Below, one piece after another: positions 24,828 through 38,309 of a DNA stretch of 64,000 nucleotides (position 1 is its first letter; each line of letters starts with the position of its first letter). The stretch lies in contig CM060732.1 in NCBI GenBank assembly GCA_030704615.1, positions 43,152,001 through 43,216,000 of the forward strand. The letters are read 5' to 3'. This DNA is from Takakia lepidozioides. Its lineage: Eukaryota; Plantae; Bryophyta. Both the position numbers and the translations under genes were made by a program. The notes under the pieces are model-generated. The model had not been told where the DNA came from. It ran no database searches and was given only the letters and a program-made list of their open reading frames with translations.

Positions 24828-26493
24828 TTTTCAAATCGTCACCTCCCACAACCCCCTGCACCTTTTCTCATAATCCTCTTCTCAACCTCTTCTGCTGTTA
24901 TAAGCTGGTGTTGGATATTGAGAACAGGTTACTTCCCTGATTGAAATCATTGATCAATGATGCAAACCATGTGTAGTGTGGTTGCACATGTTCAGATTCA
25001 TTCAAAAAGCTGGACAGATACGATTCTCAAGACTGTCCAGCTTTGTAGCATAGTTTGGAACCTCTCCCAAAAATGTTTTGAGGCCCCCTTCCTTCAGTGC
25101 CAGTGTATTTCTCAGTTCTTATGTTGTTGGAGGTTTACTGAAAGAGGGTGATCTGCCTATTTGCCTTAAGTTGTTGATAATTGCATCTCTGTAAGCTATA
25201 GAAGGCCTGTGTACTTGTTGTCTCTCAAGTTTCCAAAAAAGTGATTGATCATACATTTGTAAAGAGGAAGTGTTTTAAGATTATAGGAAAGTTAATAAAT
25301 GTCCCTTCCACTCCAGTTTTGGACGAGTTTTTGTGGCCTCACCTGTCTCTCTTTCTTTCAGTTCCTGGTTGGGAGTGTTATATCACCAAACTTAGGAGCA
25401 TTTCAGGGTACTTCTCGATTACTTTCACTATTTGCAACCATCTCACTTTGTTTGCCTTACTTCAATTGGCAATGATGGATAGCTTACTCTTTGGTATGGC
25501 TGGGCTGCAATATACTTCATTACCTGGATCCATACCTGCTGTGAATCTGCAATGCTTCAATTTCTCATTTCCTCTGCTGCTTCCCAGCCTCCATTGCCCA
25601 TCACAGCTCCTCGAGGCAAGCAACTTCTGCGCAACATGATTCATGAAAATCCTTGTTTGTTGCAAGAGATTGTTCCAACTACTCATGGCAAATTGAAGTT
25701 ACGATGGGACTGGGTGTCCCAAGTTTAACTATCACACACACCGGGTCTCTTCCATGTTAAGGGTACTGATCCTTTCAATCTCTGCTTTAGTATCATTTGA
25801 ACTCTAACAGTCGACCACAAACACTAGAATTCCTGAATATCTTGCTGGGCCAGGTTTGGTATAGCCAGTCAAGGTTTGCCGCCAAACACCTCTCAACTTA
25901 AAACTTTGAATCCAATGCACTCACACCTGTGCATCCTCCATATTATCCTCTCTTGCATGATCTGTAAATAATCAGTCCTTCCAAAGTAAGGCTCTTCACA
26001 ACCAGTGAAACTCGCATCACTCCCAAGATCCCAAAGTGGTCATTACTTGCTGTCCTGGTAACAAACTCTCTTCCACAATGTCAGGCCTAGAATTTTCACA
26101 TTCAGCACATGCGCTGACTGTAGATGGAAAAAATTGCGGCATTCTACCTTCAGAACGCAGGAGTGACGCTTCATTTTGACTGCGAAGTACCAGGTGGCTT
26201 GAAGCCAAAAAGGTCTCGCTCACAGATTGCAGAAAAATAAGTAGACTGAAAAGTTAATTGATTCCACTGGACAGGATGTTATATGGTCGCTTTCTGGGAC
26301 TTCACAGACTGGGCCATGGCAAATAACTTACTTCAGTCTCTTGAAAAATTGTGCACAGGAATTTCTTTATAACCACAATACCACCCCGTAAAATGTGAGC
26401 CAGAATGAAAGTACAATGGGGACCCAAAATAAGACAGGAAAGAAGGAACTTACAAATTACAATCCTCTAGGATACTACCACCTAGCAGTCAAT

Positions 26494-28095
26494 CTACCTG
26501 TCATCATCTCCCTCCCCAACCTCCTCTGCATTCTCTATCTCAGCATCAGAAGCAGCCCCTCCTCCGCCTGCAACCCCATGGTTTCCCTCAGAGCCCTCAA
26601 CCCTTCCATCGCCGGCAGTGTCTTCTTCATCATCACTGTCTGCATGCCGCTCCCCGCTATCTTGCCGGCTGTGGCGCTCCTTCTCTCGATCCATTGAGTG
26701 CATCAAGGAAGGAGCCTGGTGGTGCCTGCCATCACCACTCCCTGCATCATCAGAAGATTCGCCCACATCTACCAGTGCCTTGCGAAGCATTTCCTCGGTT
26801 TCTTTTGCGGTGCGTTTTGCAGTCTCCAGCTTCTCCAGATCTTCTTCCAGTTCCAGTGCATCGGCCTCTTTCACGAAGGCAGTCACATCTGGTATTTGTA
26901 TCTCAACGGTGCGGACTCCCTTCCCTTCCAACCCATTTGCCTCCGATACAACCGCACCTCCACGCCATGGTCTAGGCTGTGGAGCAGTGGCAATGGGAGC
27001 AGTTTTCTCATGAGAAGCTGCTGGCCTCCCTCTCTGTCCCCCTTTGGCTCTTCCAGCACCTGATAAACCCCCCCTTCCACCACGTTTCAATCCCCGCCCT
27101 GCCCCTCTCCCACCAGAGGCGGCAGCTAGAGGAGGTCCCTTCCCCTCTAACAAAACTGGAGGGCCTTCTATCCACTTGAGATCCTTTTTGTCCATTCCCT
27201 TCAAGTCTATCCATTCCCATGTCTCCCGAGGAGTGTCAATATCATATACTAGTGAATGGGCTCCTATAATGGGGTCAAAATCAGTGACCACTGCTTCGTA
27301 GAAGGTGTTATCATCCGGCCACCTTGTCTTCACTCGGCGGCCGATCCATGGATCAATCAGCATGTCCGAGGGGCCTGCCCCCTTGCTGTTGCTCCACGGC
27401 GCTGGTCCCCTGCCACTACCTCTCCCCACAGCAGCACCTCTAGGGCCAGCTGCTGTTCCTTTATTGCTTCTGGTCTTTGTCCCCCCCCTTCCTTTAGCTG
27501 ACACACCCGAAGCTGGAGAAGGTAGCGGGCCTGCACTAGTTGGTGCAGGTTTCAATGTGGGAGGTGCTGGCGGAGGTGGTAACGTTGAAACAGTTTGGGC
27601 CACATGTGCTGTTTTTGGTTTCTTGCGAGATTGTGAAACAGCCGGGCTGGGAGTAGGGTCGAGATGAAGGGATGGAGGGCCAGGATCCTCACCTGATCGC
27701 CACTGCCTAATTTGTTGCAGAGTGTCATCGGATGCTACTTTCCCCAAAAGCTCCCTGTGCTGCTCATCTGGAACTCTTAGCTCCTTCCGCAAATCTGACA
27801 TCAGCCTCTCCTTAGCCCAGGTAATGGCTTCTGATTGAGCCCCAAATGCGCGAAGAACTGCTAAGTAGGCATCAAGCTCCAACTTGCGAATCTGCTGGTC
27901 AATGGAGAGCGCCTGAGGTCTACCGTGTGCACTCGCTCCTCCTGCTCTTCCGTTTCCACTAATCCGGCCCCCTCTTGTCATGCGACCAGAATGCACCTGT
28001 GGGTGGTCGTCGTCTCTCGCCATTCGGCCTGATTGCCCTGATCGACCCGGTGGGAGATCATCATCTGTGCCACTGCTGTCGGACCGATATTCCAT
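26494..28095 (-). CDS. EML: EMSY-like protein (ENT domain + Agenet/Tudor domain), 533 aa, single-exon CDS
   Basis: Start MEYRSDSSGTDDDLPP is typical of plant EML. ENT domain: IRKLELDAYLAVLRAFGAQSEAITWAKE.LMSDLRKELRV.DEQHRELL. Agenet domain: IGRRVKTRWPDDNTFYEAVVTDFD..HSLVYD..ETWEWIDL. ATG at 28095 (the ORF track start at 28104 is GTG). Confidence 0.9.
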   Translation of the reverse strand: MEYRSDSSGTDDDLPPGRSGQSGRMARDDDHPQVHSGRMTRGGRISGNGRAGGASAHGRPQALSIDQQIRKLELDAYLAVLRAFGAQSEAITWAKERLMSDLRKELRVPDEQHRELLGKVASDDTLQQIRQWRSGEDPGPPSLHLDPTPSPAVSQSRKKPKTAHVAQTVSTLPPPPAPPTLKPAPTSAGPLPSPASGVSAKGRGGTKTRSNKGTAAGPRGAAVGRGSGRGPAPWSNSKGAGPSDMLIDPWIGRRVKTRWPDDNTFYEAVVTDFDPIIGAHSLVYDIDTPRETWEWIDLKGMDKKDLKWIEGPPVLLEGKGPPLAAASGGRGAGRGLKRGGRGGLSGAGRAKGGQRGRPAASHEKTAPIATAPQPRPWRGGAVVSEANGLEGKGVRTVEIQIPDVTAFVKEADALELEEDLEKLETAKRTAKETEEMLRKALVDVGESSDDAGSGDGRHHQAPSLMHSMDREKERHSRQDSGERHADSDDEEDTAGDGRVEGSEGNHGVAGGGGAASDAEIENAEEVGEGDDDR

Positions 28096-29059
28096 TGGCC
28101 CCACTTTCAGCTCTCACAGTTGCCTTCAAGGAGCGGACAGTTTCTGTAGGAACGTCCCACAGTTTATAAAATCAGAGAAAACTCTCATACGAATGTGAGA
28201 AAAGCACTCCAAGCATACCTTTAAATGCTTTGAAATTTTCTGCCGAGACTCAAGGAAAAGAGAGAGAGAGAAAAACAGACACTAGGCAGTGACACCAACA
28301 CAAGGTCACTCGGAAAGATAGTGTCTACGTGAACTCCGTTCCAGACAAGAAAACAAGCATAGTGTTGAAACCTTAAGGTTTAGAAAGATCAAAGAACAGA
28401 CCTGTTCACTTTCAGCCAAAGGTCACCTCCGTTGATGAAGAGCCAGCCGGGGCCCCTGGTCCTCACTTATTTGAAGGTCCGGTATCATTAGGACATGGAC
28501 CCAAACCTAGGGTTTCCGAATACGGTACCCTAGGGCATGGTTGTACATAGGAGAGCCCGCACGCTGGTTCACTCTCCGGCCTCTCCCAAAGCTCCCCAGA
28601 CGCTTGCTTCTTGAAGGAAACTAGCGCAACTCCACACACACACAAAGGGTTTTAAAAAAACAGACGGAGACCCGCAGATAACTCCATCAAAATGTCAACA
28701 ATCACCTCCTGTGAAAGCGCTCAGGTCCCCCACCCCCAAGCACCTTCTTACATAAATTTATATGTGCAAGCATGGGGATTTGCGCGAAGAAAAGAGCGCG
28801 CCAGCAAAGTACAGCCTCGCAGAAGGGGCAAATCTTCAAATCAGCAGCATTTGAGCACACCGCGGGCCCAATACGCACTGGATTCTCGCCCCAGAACGTG
28901 TGAAATGATCTTTCGATTTCAGCAATCGAAAGGAACCCAGGATATCTGCCTCAGAACACAGGAAAGGCCTCTTAATCGATCACAACCAGATCGCCCATCC
29001 GCCATCGCTCGTGTCCTTTCCCTGCGCTCGTCTCTCTCCTCGCTCCTGCCCCACTCCCG

Positions 29060-29480
29060 CCCTAGCGCTACCGGCTCATCCGGTCATAGGCTACTCCCAC
29101 TGCCTGGTCCGGTCACGCTCCTACGACTACCGGATGAACACCGTTCACTCATTTCGGATGGATGACGGATACCACTCCCGAGAAATAGATGAAGGCGGCA
29201 ACGATCGTTGGACGAATTTACGGTTCACGGAGTTATTCACCGGCCGGAATTATGGTCGGACGGAGCGGATGAGACGGTATTCGAAAATGGACGGTAAACA
29301 TGCGAGTCAAACATTCTCATCGAACGGCAAGATTAGGGCCACCAGGGCATTACGTCTTTTGGCCAATACAAATTGCGGAGGCCGTTTATGACGGGTTTCG
29401 TTCGTCATCTCTGCGACGGAATGTGTGTTCTGTTGACGAACGGAAACGAAGTCCGTCCCTGAACGATCGCCTGCTCAGCC
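29060..29480. promoter_or_regulatory. Probable bidirectional promoter between EML (-) and SEC22 (+)
   Basis: Head-to-head genes. A CG-rich core is flanked by leader-like sequence, with putative UTR intron signals (GTAAGT at ~29633 on +; acceptor ctacag at ~28144 on -). Boundaries are inferred. Confidence 0.4.
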
Positions 29481-31226
29481 GGTTGCCCTCTCTCTTCTCC
29501 CTCACTTGTCTTCTTCCACCATCGCTCTTCTCTTCTTTGCTGCTGCCGATCCGTCCTTGAGTCGTGCAGTTTGCTGCTATTTCGCTCTCTTCTACTTCCA
29601 TTCCGCAGTGGATTTTCCCCTACGTCAAATCCGTAAGTCTTAAGTTTGTTTCCTGCTCTATCTTCTATCTTTGACCGTTTTTTGTGGATTCTGGAGCCCG
29701 TTTGTTAGGCAGGGCTCATTTTCAGTGTCTCTTCTTGTTCCTAGCTCTCGTTTTTAGTCACAGGCTCGCTCCTTCTCTGTGACTTGTTGTTTCCTTTTGC
29801 TAGTACTTGGTGAGAATCAATCTCTGAGGCACGCAGTGATTGGTGCTCACACAGCACGTCTTCGTTTCTCGCATTTCGCAGAGGAAAAGCCTTCCGGGAC
29901 ATCTCATATTGTGTCTCTCGATCCTTTCTTCCGCCTGAGAGAATCAATTCGTCTGTCTTAAATCATCATTGGCGTGTTTGTGTCTTCTTGTACAAGCTGT
30001 GATCGGCACGTGCCTAGCATAAGGTAACTTATTTACTCTGTTTCCTTCCTGTTATTTGGTCGAGTTCGCCGAAAAGAGAGATTCTGCAGGATTCTGTTTT
30101 AGGGTTTTGTAAAGAACACCATATGGTTCATACAGGTTTATGCCTTTCAGAAAACTTTACAGATCAAGTCTGACTGACAGATTATTTTCGTGGAGCTCCG
30201 GGCAAATCTGCACAACTACTCATTGTAATAACTTCCTGATTATGGAATCGAAAGTTGGAAATCTGTGGATGGCTGGCTGAGCTTCTTAGTCGGGTGGTAA
30301 TTGAGCTATGAGACGTTGACCCAAGTTGGTTGGTCCGGGTCTTATACTTCCATCCGCGATGTGTATTCGCAATTTCATGCTATCTCTGAGCGTTTGGATC
30401 ACTGGTCATACACTACCATGATGATTGTGTGCATAAGACCTCAAGCACTCTAAGCCGCAATTTTCACTTTGCAGACAGGTTGGGATGGAAAGTTGACTAC
30501 AATTATTACAGGTCTAAATTTTGAGCAGAAACAGCTCTGGACGGGCAAGGAACCACCTAAGGAGTGATAGAGAAGTCTCCAGACATTCTCAGGAATGATT
30601 TCAACTGCTGTCTAAGATTCCTGCAGTGAGGGACGACAACATATCCGCAGCTCAAGCCCAGGCCTGCAATGACGGCTTCTAACAGGCCTCTGTGTCAATA
30701 GCCACAGTCTCTGATTTCTAGATATCAAAGCATGTTGCTATAGGCACGTCTCTGTTGAATGGCCCAATCTGTGGGTACTTAAAGGCATGTCCTTTAGGTT
30801 GTACATTGTGACGAGCAGAAAGTTTACTTTTGAGTCTTCTAATAGGGAGGCAATGTGTGCAGGGCTGTAGGAGATATTGCGGTTGTCTTGTGACCTGGCC
30901 TCACTGCTAAATTGGGTCAGTGTATCTTGCCCTCCTCCTGCACTCAAATTTTTGAAGGGTGGGCGCCCAAGAACCTCAGGAGCAGGGAGATACAGGTATT
31001 TAGGTCGATCGAGAGGCATAGAACAAGGAACAGGTAACTTTGCAGTGAAGGTACCTCGAAGGACCGTTTTTGTTGGACTCCCTGCCCTTGGATGTGGTGC
31101 CTAGCAATTTGTAAACAACAAGACATTAGAGTCGAATCAAAAGGTAAAGCGCTTCACTGATTTCTGGCACTCAGGGGCTACCACTGCAAGCCAGGTTCAC
31201 CACAAGCTGGGCTATATTAACCAACC

Positions 31227-34052
31227 ATGGTTAAGCTGACCATGATAGCGCGGGTTACTGATGGGCTGCCATTAGCAGAAGGATTAGACGATGGCCGCGA
31301 CCAGAAGGACCTGGAGTTCTACAAGCAGCAGGCTAAGCAGTTGTGCAAGAAGCTGTCACAACGTCAGCAGGAGCCCTCTCGCATGTCTGTGGAGACTGGC
31401 CCTTATTTTTTCCAGTATCCTTGTTATCATGTTTCTCAGTTAGTAAGGGATTTCCAAAGTAGGGTACTTTCTACCCCATGTTTTCCGGCTGGTTGTGGAT
31501 TGTCTAGAGACCATAGCCCCGCTGTCACATTTTAGAAACAAATGCTCATCCCTAGGAGATCCATCCTGGCACAATTTCTGCAGATACCAAAGAAACTCTC
31601 TAGACCTATTCTATGGTGCTTCTCTGGAAGCCTTAAGACCTGAGTACATTTGTGTGTGTTTCATGTGTGGTTGTGGAAGGTGATCTAACTCGTTCATGCA
31701 CCTTTAGGAGTATCCATGTAGATCTCAAAAGGTTTTCACCAAATGGTTGCTGAGTCTATCTTGAGGCCATGATCTGTTGTCCATTTTCCTGAAAACCCAG
31801 AGCCAAGCCCTTTTGTAGTGTGTTGGGGGGGCTGCTATGATCCATCCTTAACTGAATAAAGAAAGAAAGATGAGGTTCTCAATTCATCGTGTTTTGGTGG
31901 TACTATGTGATATCTCTGTGTGCTTGTAAGTGATTTGTAAGCCTTGACATAGATGGTACAGTTACATTATAGAGGGTGGTGTTTGCTACCTCACACTTTG
32001 CGACCGCTCGTATCCCAAGAAATTGGCATATCAGTATTTGGAAGAGCTACAACGGGAATTTGAGAAGGTCAATCGGACCCAAATTGAGACTGTTGCCAGG
32101 CCTTATGCATTTATCAAGTTTGGTATGTGTATCTCTCCTGTTATTTGACTCGTCTACCAGCTCTTCTCTTTTTTGTGAAGGTAGGGATGCTTGGGGACAA
32201 GACTGTATCGTAGCAAAATGACTGTGCTGCCTTTCTGACACATACTCTGTTCTTCCTTACTCTGTTCTTCATTTGTATTGTCTTCAGAAGATTAGAGTTA
32301 ATCCTCTTCATGTTATGTACTGGCCCAGAGACTTCATCCACTCTGTTTACATTCACATATCATATTTTGTCTTGCCACATATACTTGAGATGGTGCAACG
32401 GGAATGTTGCTGGCTCAAAAACAGGGAATTCTACTGAAATTACTTATTTATAGTTGAAAAGATGGGGCAAAAGTGCTGGGGCTTTCTGTTTTTTACACTA
32501 TGTTGTTGTAACTCTGTGTGTCACTGGATGAATGCAGACACTTTCATCCAAAAGACAAGGAAGCTATACTTGGACACAAGAACACAACGAAACCTTTCCA
32601 AGCTCAATGACGATTTGTACGAGGTCCAGCAGATTATGACCCGTAACATCCAGGAAGTCTTAGGTGTTGGCGACCGACTTGATCGTAAGTGTTTCGAAGT
32701 TGACTTTTTAATTGGTTTTTAGAAGCTTTATGTGAGTTACATAACCGCATGTAAATTTGTCCTTGGCCAGCTAAACTGTTCCATGGAAAGAATCAGAAGT
32801 ATGCCCTGTCTTTACCGGAGGTGCATTGCACAAGATAACATTCGAACTGTGACAGGTTCTATGTATTTGCCCAATAATGGCTCCAATTGGTTGCTTGAGG
32901 TTCTGGAGGGATGAGCCAAAAAGGTTCTTACTGCGAAGTCCTGATTACTAAGGTAGAAACATTGTCCATGTCTAGGCCGTTACCAAATGGAAAAGCTGTG
33001 GCCATAAGGCCTGTAATAGCAAATGCCAATGCAGCTTGGGATGCTGGTCGTCTGACTAACATATATACTGAATTCATCAGATACCTGTCCTGCCCATTTT
33101 CGGCGAGCTAGATTCTCCAAATGGTGGTGTGGCAGTGTAGGGAGGACTCTAATTCCTTTTATGGACCATATCTGTATGCAAGGGAAGATTGTGAAATCAC
33201 TGAAGGAGGCCTCCCTTGGTAGAAAAAACAGGTGCATTATGGTAGATTCTGGTAGTCTTTGGCCATTGAAACAATGATGCATTTGGCACAGTATGCGCTG
33301 CCACAATTGTGAGCTTCAGTCAGAAGCTGACTAACCTCGTGTAATCGTGTACAGTGTTCTTTGTGAGATATCTGAGAGACTGCTGTGTTGCTGGATGCAG
33401 AGGTCAGCCAAATGTCCTTCAGGCTTTCTTCCGAATCTCGGTTGTATGCATCTAAAGCCAAGGATTTAAACCGACAGGTAAAGAACCTCGTTATTCCTTT
33501 GACTTAAAAGTTATGTTCTGGGTATACCTGATTTCTTGCAAATCGTTAAGCTTTTGCCATGACCCTCATCAAATTCAGGTTTGGGGTTCTTGTCTTATGT
33601 TATCAGTGGACTTATACCACATTGTTCTCCTGATGTGAGGAAGTTGTGTCCATAGGCTGTGCTGGGGTTTTTGAAGTGAACTGCTGCATTACAACAACAA
33701 TAATGGCTTGGTTGTATGCTTCAATGCTGGATCTTCATGACCTACAGCAGCTGGCAAATGTGCTCCAGTGAAACAGCTGATAGTATTAGATCTTAGGCTC
33801 CATGGTCTCAAGTCTCAACTAGAATCCACTAGGGCGTCGAAAATAATGCGAAAGATTACTAGTTTATTATCAGCAATCTTGTAAAAGGGTGACCGTTGAA
33901 AGAAGAGCCCCGAATGATTTCTTGTAAGAACTCTGTCAATAATGCACGGGATGTTGCTGATGCAGGCTTTGATACGGAAGTGGGCTCCTGTTGGTATTGT
34001 GCTTGGGGTGGTGTTGCTGCTTTTATGGTTTCGGCGATCCTTTTGGAGTTAG
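31227..34052 (+). CDS. SEC22: SEC22 longin R-SNARE; exons 31227-31414, 31962-32122, 32538-32684, 33401-33477, 33966-34052
   Basis: Spliced protein reads MVKLTMIARVTDGLPLAEGLDD..GPYFFH|YIIEGGVCYLTLCDRSYPKKLAYQYLEEL..RPYAFIKFD|TFIQKTRKLYLDTRTQRNLSKLNDDL..MTRNIQEVLGVG..|..AKDLNRQ|ALIRKWAP + transmembrane anchor, TAG 34050-34052. Confidence 0.95.
31415..31961 (+). other. U12-type (minor spliceosome) GT-AG intron in SEC22
   Basis: Donor GTATCCTT; branch-point CCTTGAC at 31942-31948, close to the AG at 31960-31961; no polypyrimidine tract. Splicing restores the His codon CA|T. Confidence 0.85.
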
Positions 34053-34891
34053 CTCTTCACCAACCTTGGGACTTATTTTATTGGCCGATATTCTTTTGTT
34101 CCATACTGAACTGGAGAGTTTTTATCATCACTCGGAGGTTCTCACACATCCCACACAAAGTAACGGATTTAGCAATTCCAACTTCATTCTGGTGTTCACC
34201 TTTTGCAGAAGGATATAGTAGTTAGTTGTTTCCTGTTCCACAGGGCAATCTAATTTGTGAGGTGAATGTGGAGCTCCTGTGAATACAATTGGTTTACATT
34301 TTTGATACTTCAATCCTGTAGCCGCCCATCTCTTACCTTTAGTTTCCTAGATGCTGGACATGCCATCTATTTGTTGCCAAAGGAGGGGGTTTGAAGAAGT
34401 ATCCCCTGATATTCACTGTCACTTATTCTCCGGCATGACATTTCCCCTACTTGCAAAGACCAAAAAGAGTGAGCAAGGGGGATAGAGGAAAAACAGTGAG
34501 CTGTTATGATGTACAATCTCTCAGAGTCCTCTAAATCAAGTGGAGTATTCATGTATTCAGGACATCTGTGGAGTGTAATGGTGCATAATGGCTAAGCCCA
34601 GTTGTGGAGTTATTGGATGCCTGACGCTGGCCATCTATGGCTCTGCCTGTTTCTCAATTGGGATGTCATTCACATGGTCTTAAGATGGAAAGAACTGCCC
34701 AAGGTCTGGGCTTGCACCAAGGCCAGGAGCTCTGGATTGGGGTATAGTGCATGGTCGATGACCCCCTAATACTGGCCTCTGGTGGATTCAATCGACTACC
34801 AATTGTGTAGGTTTTTTAGCTAATTTCTCTCTTCATGGAGTTTACGTCCATGGAACACACAATCCACCTTCCGACCAGTGTTGGTATATAG

Positions 34892-37800
34892 CAGTGTTGG
34901 GCGGGTATTACTTTTTCTAATACCAGCCGGGTCCAGGTATTGAAAAGAAATTAATTTGCAATACCAGCCGGTTCCATAGTATTGAAAGATTCTCTTCATT
35001 TTAACACCCACCGGTTCTCAATAGTAGTATGATTTTCGATTTGCGGAAGGGTGTCAATAGGATGGGTATTCCAATCTAATACCAGCCGGTTATCAACCCG
35101 GGTATAAATAATAAAATTAAAAAATTAAAAAAACCACTAAATCATTAATATGTATGAATTTAGAAGATCTCAGTTGATTTCACAAAGAAATTGATTATTA
35201 TGTTGCAAAATTCAGTCTTTGCATTACATAATAACAACGTTGCAGATTTTAGTATCCAAATTGAAGCAAGCTTAGTTAGAAGAAGACTGATTGCAACCCT
35301 CATCGTCAAATAAACCAACATCTGCAATGAGGTCCTCATACGACACCCTACATGTGGTAAATATATATATATAGGGGCGGGCCCGCCCTAGATCTTGGGG
35401 CTGGACATGCCCTCCGTGATATATGTGCACCCTCTTACCCTGCCCCCTCACATTTCTAGGGCGGGCCTGCCCCTATTCCTTAATTTTTTTAGCACATGTA
35501 GGGTGTCTTATGTGGTTGCAATCAGTCCTTAAGTTCCCAAGCAATCGGGTCACTTTGAATTTGCAGTTTGACCTAATTTTTGCAGCTCTTGAAGCTTTAA
35601 TGACAAGGGATTTGTCTCGAGTATGATGCAATAAACAAAATTAAAAAAAAACAAAAAAATATCCTAGATCTCTCATTTACGTTTTGGGGCCTGAAAAGGG
35701 CATGTTGACCACTGACTTGGCAGGTAAACAAGCCCAAAACAGATTGCACTCCAAAGGCCATTTTTGGCAGAAAATTAGCAATTTTGGAAAAAGCACTTCA
35801 CCTTGTGGTGTGTGAGCATTACATACACACATCCACCATTGGCTTTTAAAAATTTCGTAGAAAAAAAAGTACTTCATTTGGAGGCACATTTTCTCTTGTC
35901 AATTTTGAGATTTCAATCCCAATGTAATTGGATGCAAAGCAACTATAGGTGAAAAAATCAGTTGGACCTGCAATTTAGTGGGGTCATAGCCACTCCACTA
36001 TTGATTTGGAAATGGTGGGTCTTGGGGCAAGAGAAATTGAATAAAGCTAGGTTTTGATTTGGTCAAACCAATTTCTTTCCCACTTTTTCTTTGGGACATG
36101 ATATTTGAGGTCCGGGCCAACGTTATAATCTCACAATTTCCACGGTGGACTTGGCTCATTTTTGGTATGTCGTGCATAAATGAACTGGGGCCACTACTAT
36201 AAGGCTGGAATCTCTGGATGATTTTTGGTAGGGCAATTTACTGCAGCTGGGTACCCAAAATTGGTAAAAAATAAAAAAAAGGCTTGGGAACTTGAGGGTT
36301 AACTAAGCTTGCTTCAATTTGGATACTAAAATCTGCAACGTTGTTATTATGTAATGCAAAGACTGAATTTTGCAACATAATAATCAATTTCTTTGTGAAA
36401 TCAACTGAAATCTTCTAAATTCATACATACTAATGATTTAGTGGTTTTTTAAATTTTTAAATTTTTTTATATTTATACCCGGGTTGATAACCGGCTGGTA
36501 TTAGATTGGAATACCCATCCTATTGATACCCGTCCGCAAATCAAAAATCATACTACTATTGAGAACCGGTGGGTATTAAAATGAAGGGAATTTTTCCATA
36601 CTATGGAACCGGCTGGTATTGCAAATTAATTTTTTTTCAATACCCGGACCCGGCTGGTATTAGAAAAAGTAATACCCGCCCAACACTGGTATAGTCATTG
36701 TTTTTGCCCATAATACGGGTATGCACCCGGGTATTGCCTTGGCAATACCAGCCATTCCGGTTATCAACCATAGTATTGGAATTGCCAATACCAGCCGGGT
36801 CGGTTGTCAACCATAGTAGTACAAAAGCTAATAACAGCTGGGTCGGTTATTCAGTACCCTGGTTGATGATACCCGGCCGGATATCAACCAGTGTTGGGCA
36901 GTTCTTGCATTTGTGAAGGAACCTTCGGTTCCGGTTCCACAATCATTTCAAGGGATGGTTACGGATCCGGTTCCGGTTTTTTTTTTATTGAGCCGGTGCC
37001 GATCCGGTTCCAGATCCAACTTTTAAACATGGGGGCAGTTCCGGTTACCGGTTAGTTGCTGATAAAAACCAGGGTTCCCGGTTAGGTTCCGGGTTTTATA
37101 TATATATATAATTAGATTTAAAATATTTTATCAGTCCGGAAGATTAAATAGCAATGTATTCACATATTTGAACTAAAATCCAACAATTTTATTAGTTTTC
37201 ACTAACCAAAAAAAAAAAAAAACTCTAAATAAACTGGTAGAAGAAAATGGGTAACATTTTATGGGTTGAAATTACTATTCAGCTATCTGGGAAGTATTTG
37301 CATCTTCTAACATTTTCATTAATGAACTTAGCCAGGATATCATGGAGCTGGAGATTGAACCCCAGATCTCAAGGCGTTGAAGCATTGAACATAGAATGTC
37401 ATGGCCTTCAAGCATTGAAACCAGAATCTCATGGAGCTTGAGAGCATTAAAGAAGTTTTGTGATGGGGCCACCAGCTCTCCAGGGGTATGCCATAAGGTT
37501 ATGGCAAGGGCCCACCAAGGGTTCAAAACCTGAACTTGTTTTTATCCCCGTGCCCCTGGTTCTCGGGTTCTCACACCCACCGCCGGTTCGGTTCTGTGCG
37601 GCTCCCCATTGGCAGGTTCCGGCTGTGGGTCAGGTTATGCAGCAATGGGCCGGTTCCGGTTAACCTAAACCGGTGGTTAACCTGGGTCCTGGCGGGTGAC
37701 CGCCCAACACTGGTATCAACCAGGGTACTGAATAACCGACCCGGCTGGTATTGGCAATTCCCGGACCATTTGGTATTGCCAAGACAATACCCGGACCCGG

Positions 37801-38309
37801 ACCCGTATTATGGGCTAAAACAAGGACTATACCATGGTATGAATAGGAAATAGTGGGGGTGCACATGATGTCAGGGATCAAGGTAAGAGGGTGCACATGT
37901 GAGGGAGGGCATGTCCAGCCCCAAAGAGCCCGCCGCTATTATTGATTTCTTAGCACATGTAGGGCGAGCCCGCCCCTATTCTTTTTTATTATGTAGTGCA
38001 AAGTCTGAATTTTGCAACATAATAGTTAATTTCTTTGTGAAATCAAGTGAAATCTTTTAAATTCAATTAAAGACATACCAATTATTTAATGGTTATTTTA
38101 ATTTTGATTAAGTATCTATATCCGGGTTGATAACCGGCTGGGTATCAGATTGGAGTACCCACCCTATTGATACCCGTCTGCAAATTAAAAATCATACTAC
38201 TATTGAGAACCGGCAGGTATTAAAATTAAGAGAATCGGAATTAAAAATTAATTTTCTTTCAATACCGGACTCGGCTGGTATTAGAAAAAGTAATACCCGC
38301 CCAACACTG
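34892..38309. mobile_element. Nest of non-autonomous hAT-like/foldback elements with CAGTGTTGGGC TIRs
   Basis: 34892-35278 and 36300-36688 are a near-identical ~390-bp inverted pair, with a third related end at ~37990-38309. Further inverted arms lie at 36687-36870 / 37713-37833. No ORF. Confidence 0.75.
36889..37712. mobile_element. Non-autonomous hAT-like element with 8-bp TSD
   Basis: TIRs CAGTGTTGGGCAGT / ACCGCCCAACACTG. Flanking 8-mers ATATCAAC (36881-36888) and GTATCAAC (37713-37720). Subterminal CCGGTT repeats. Confidence 0.75.

Noticed and set aside
26395-28198. Plus-strand ORFs overlapping EML
   Set aside because: They are antisense shadows of a GC-rich CDS.
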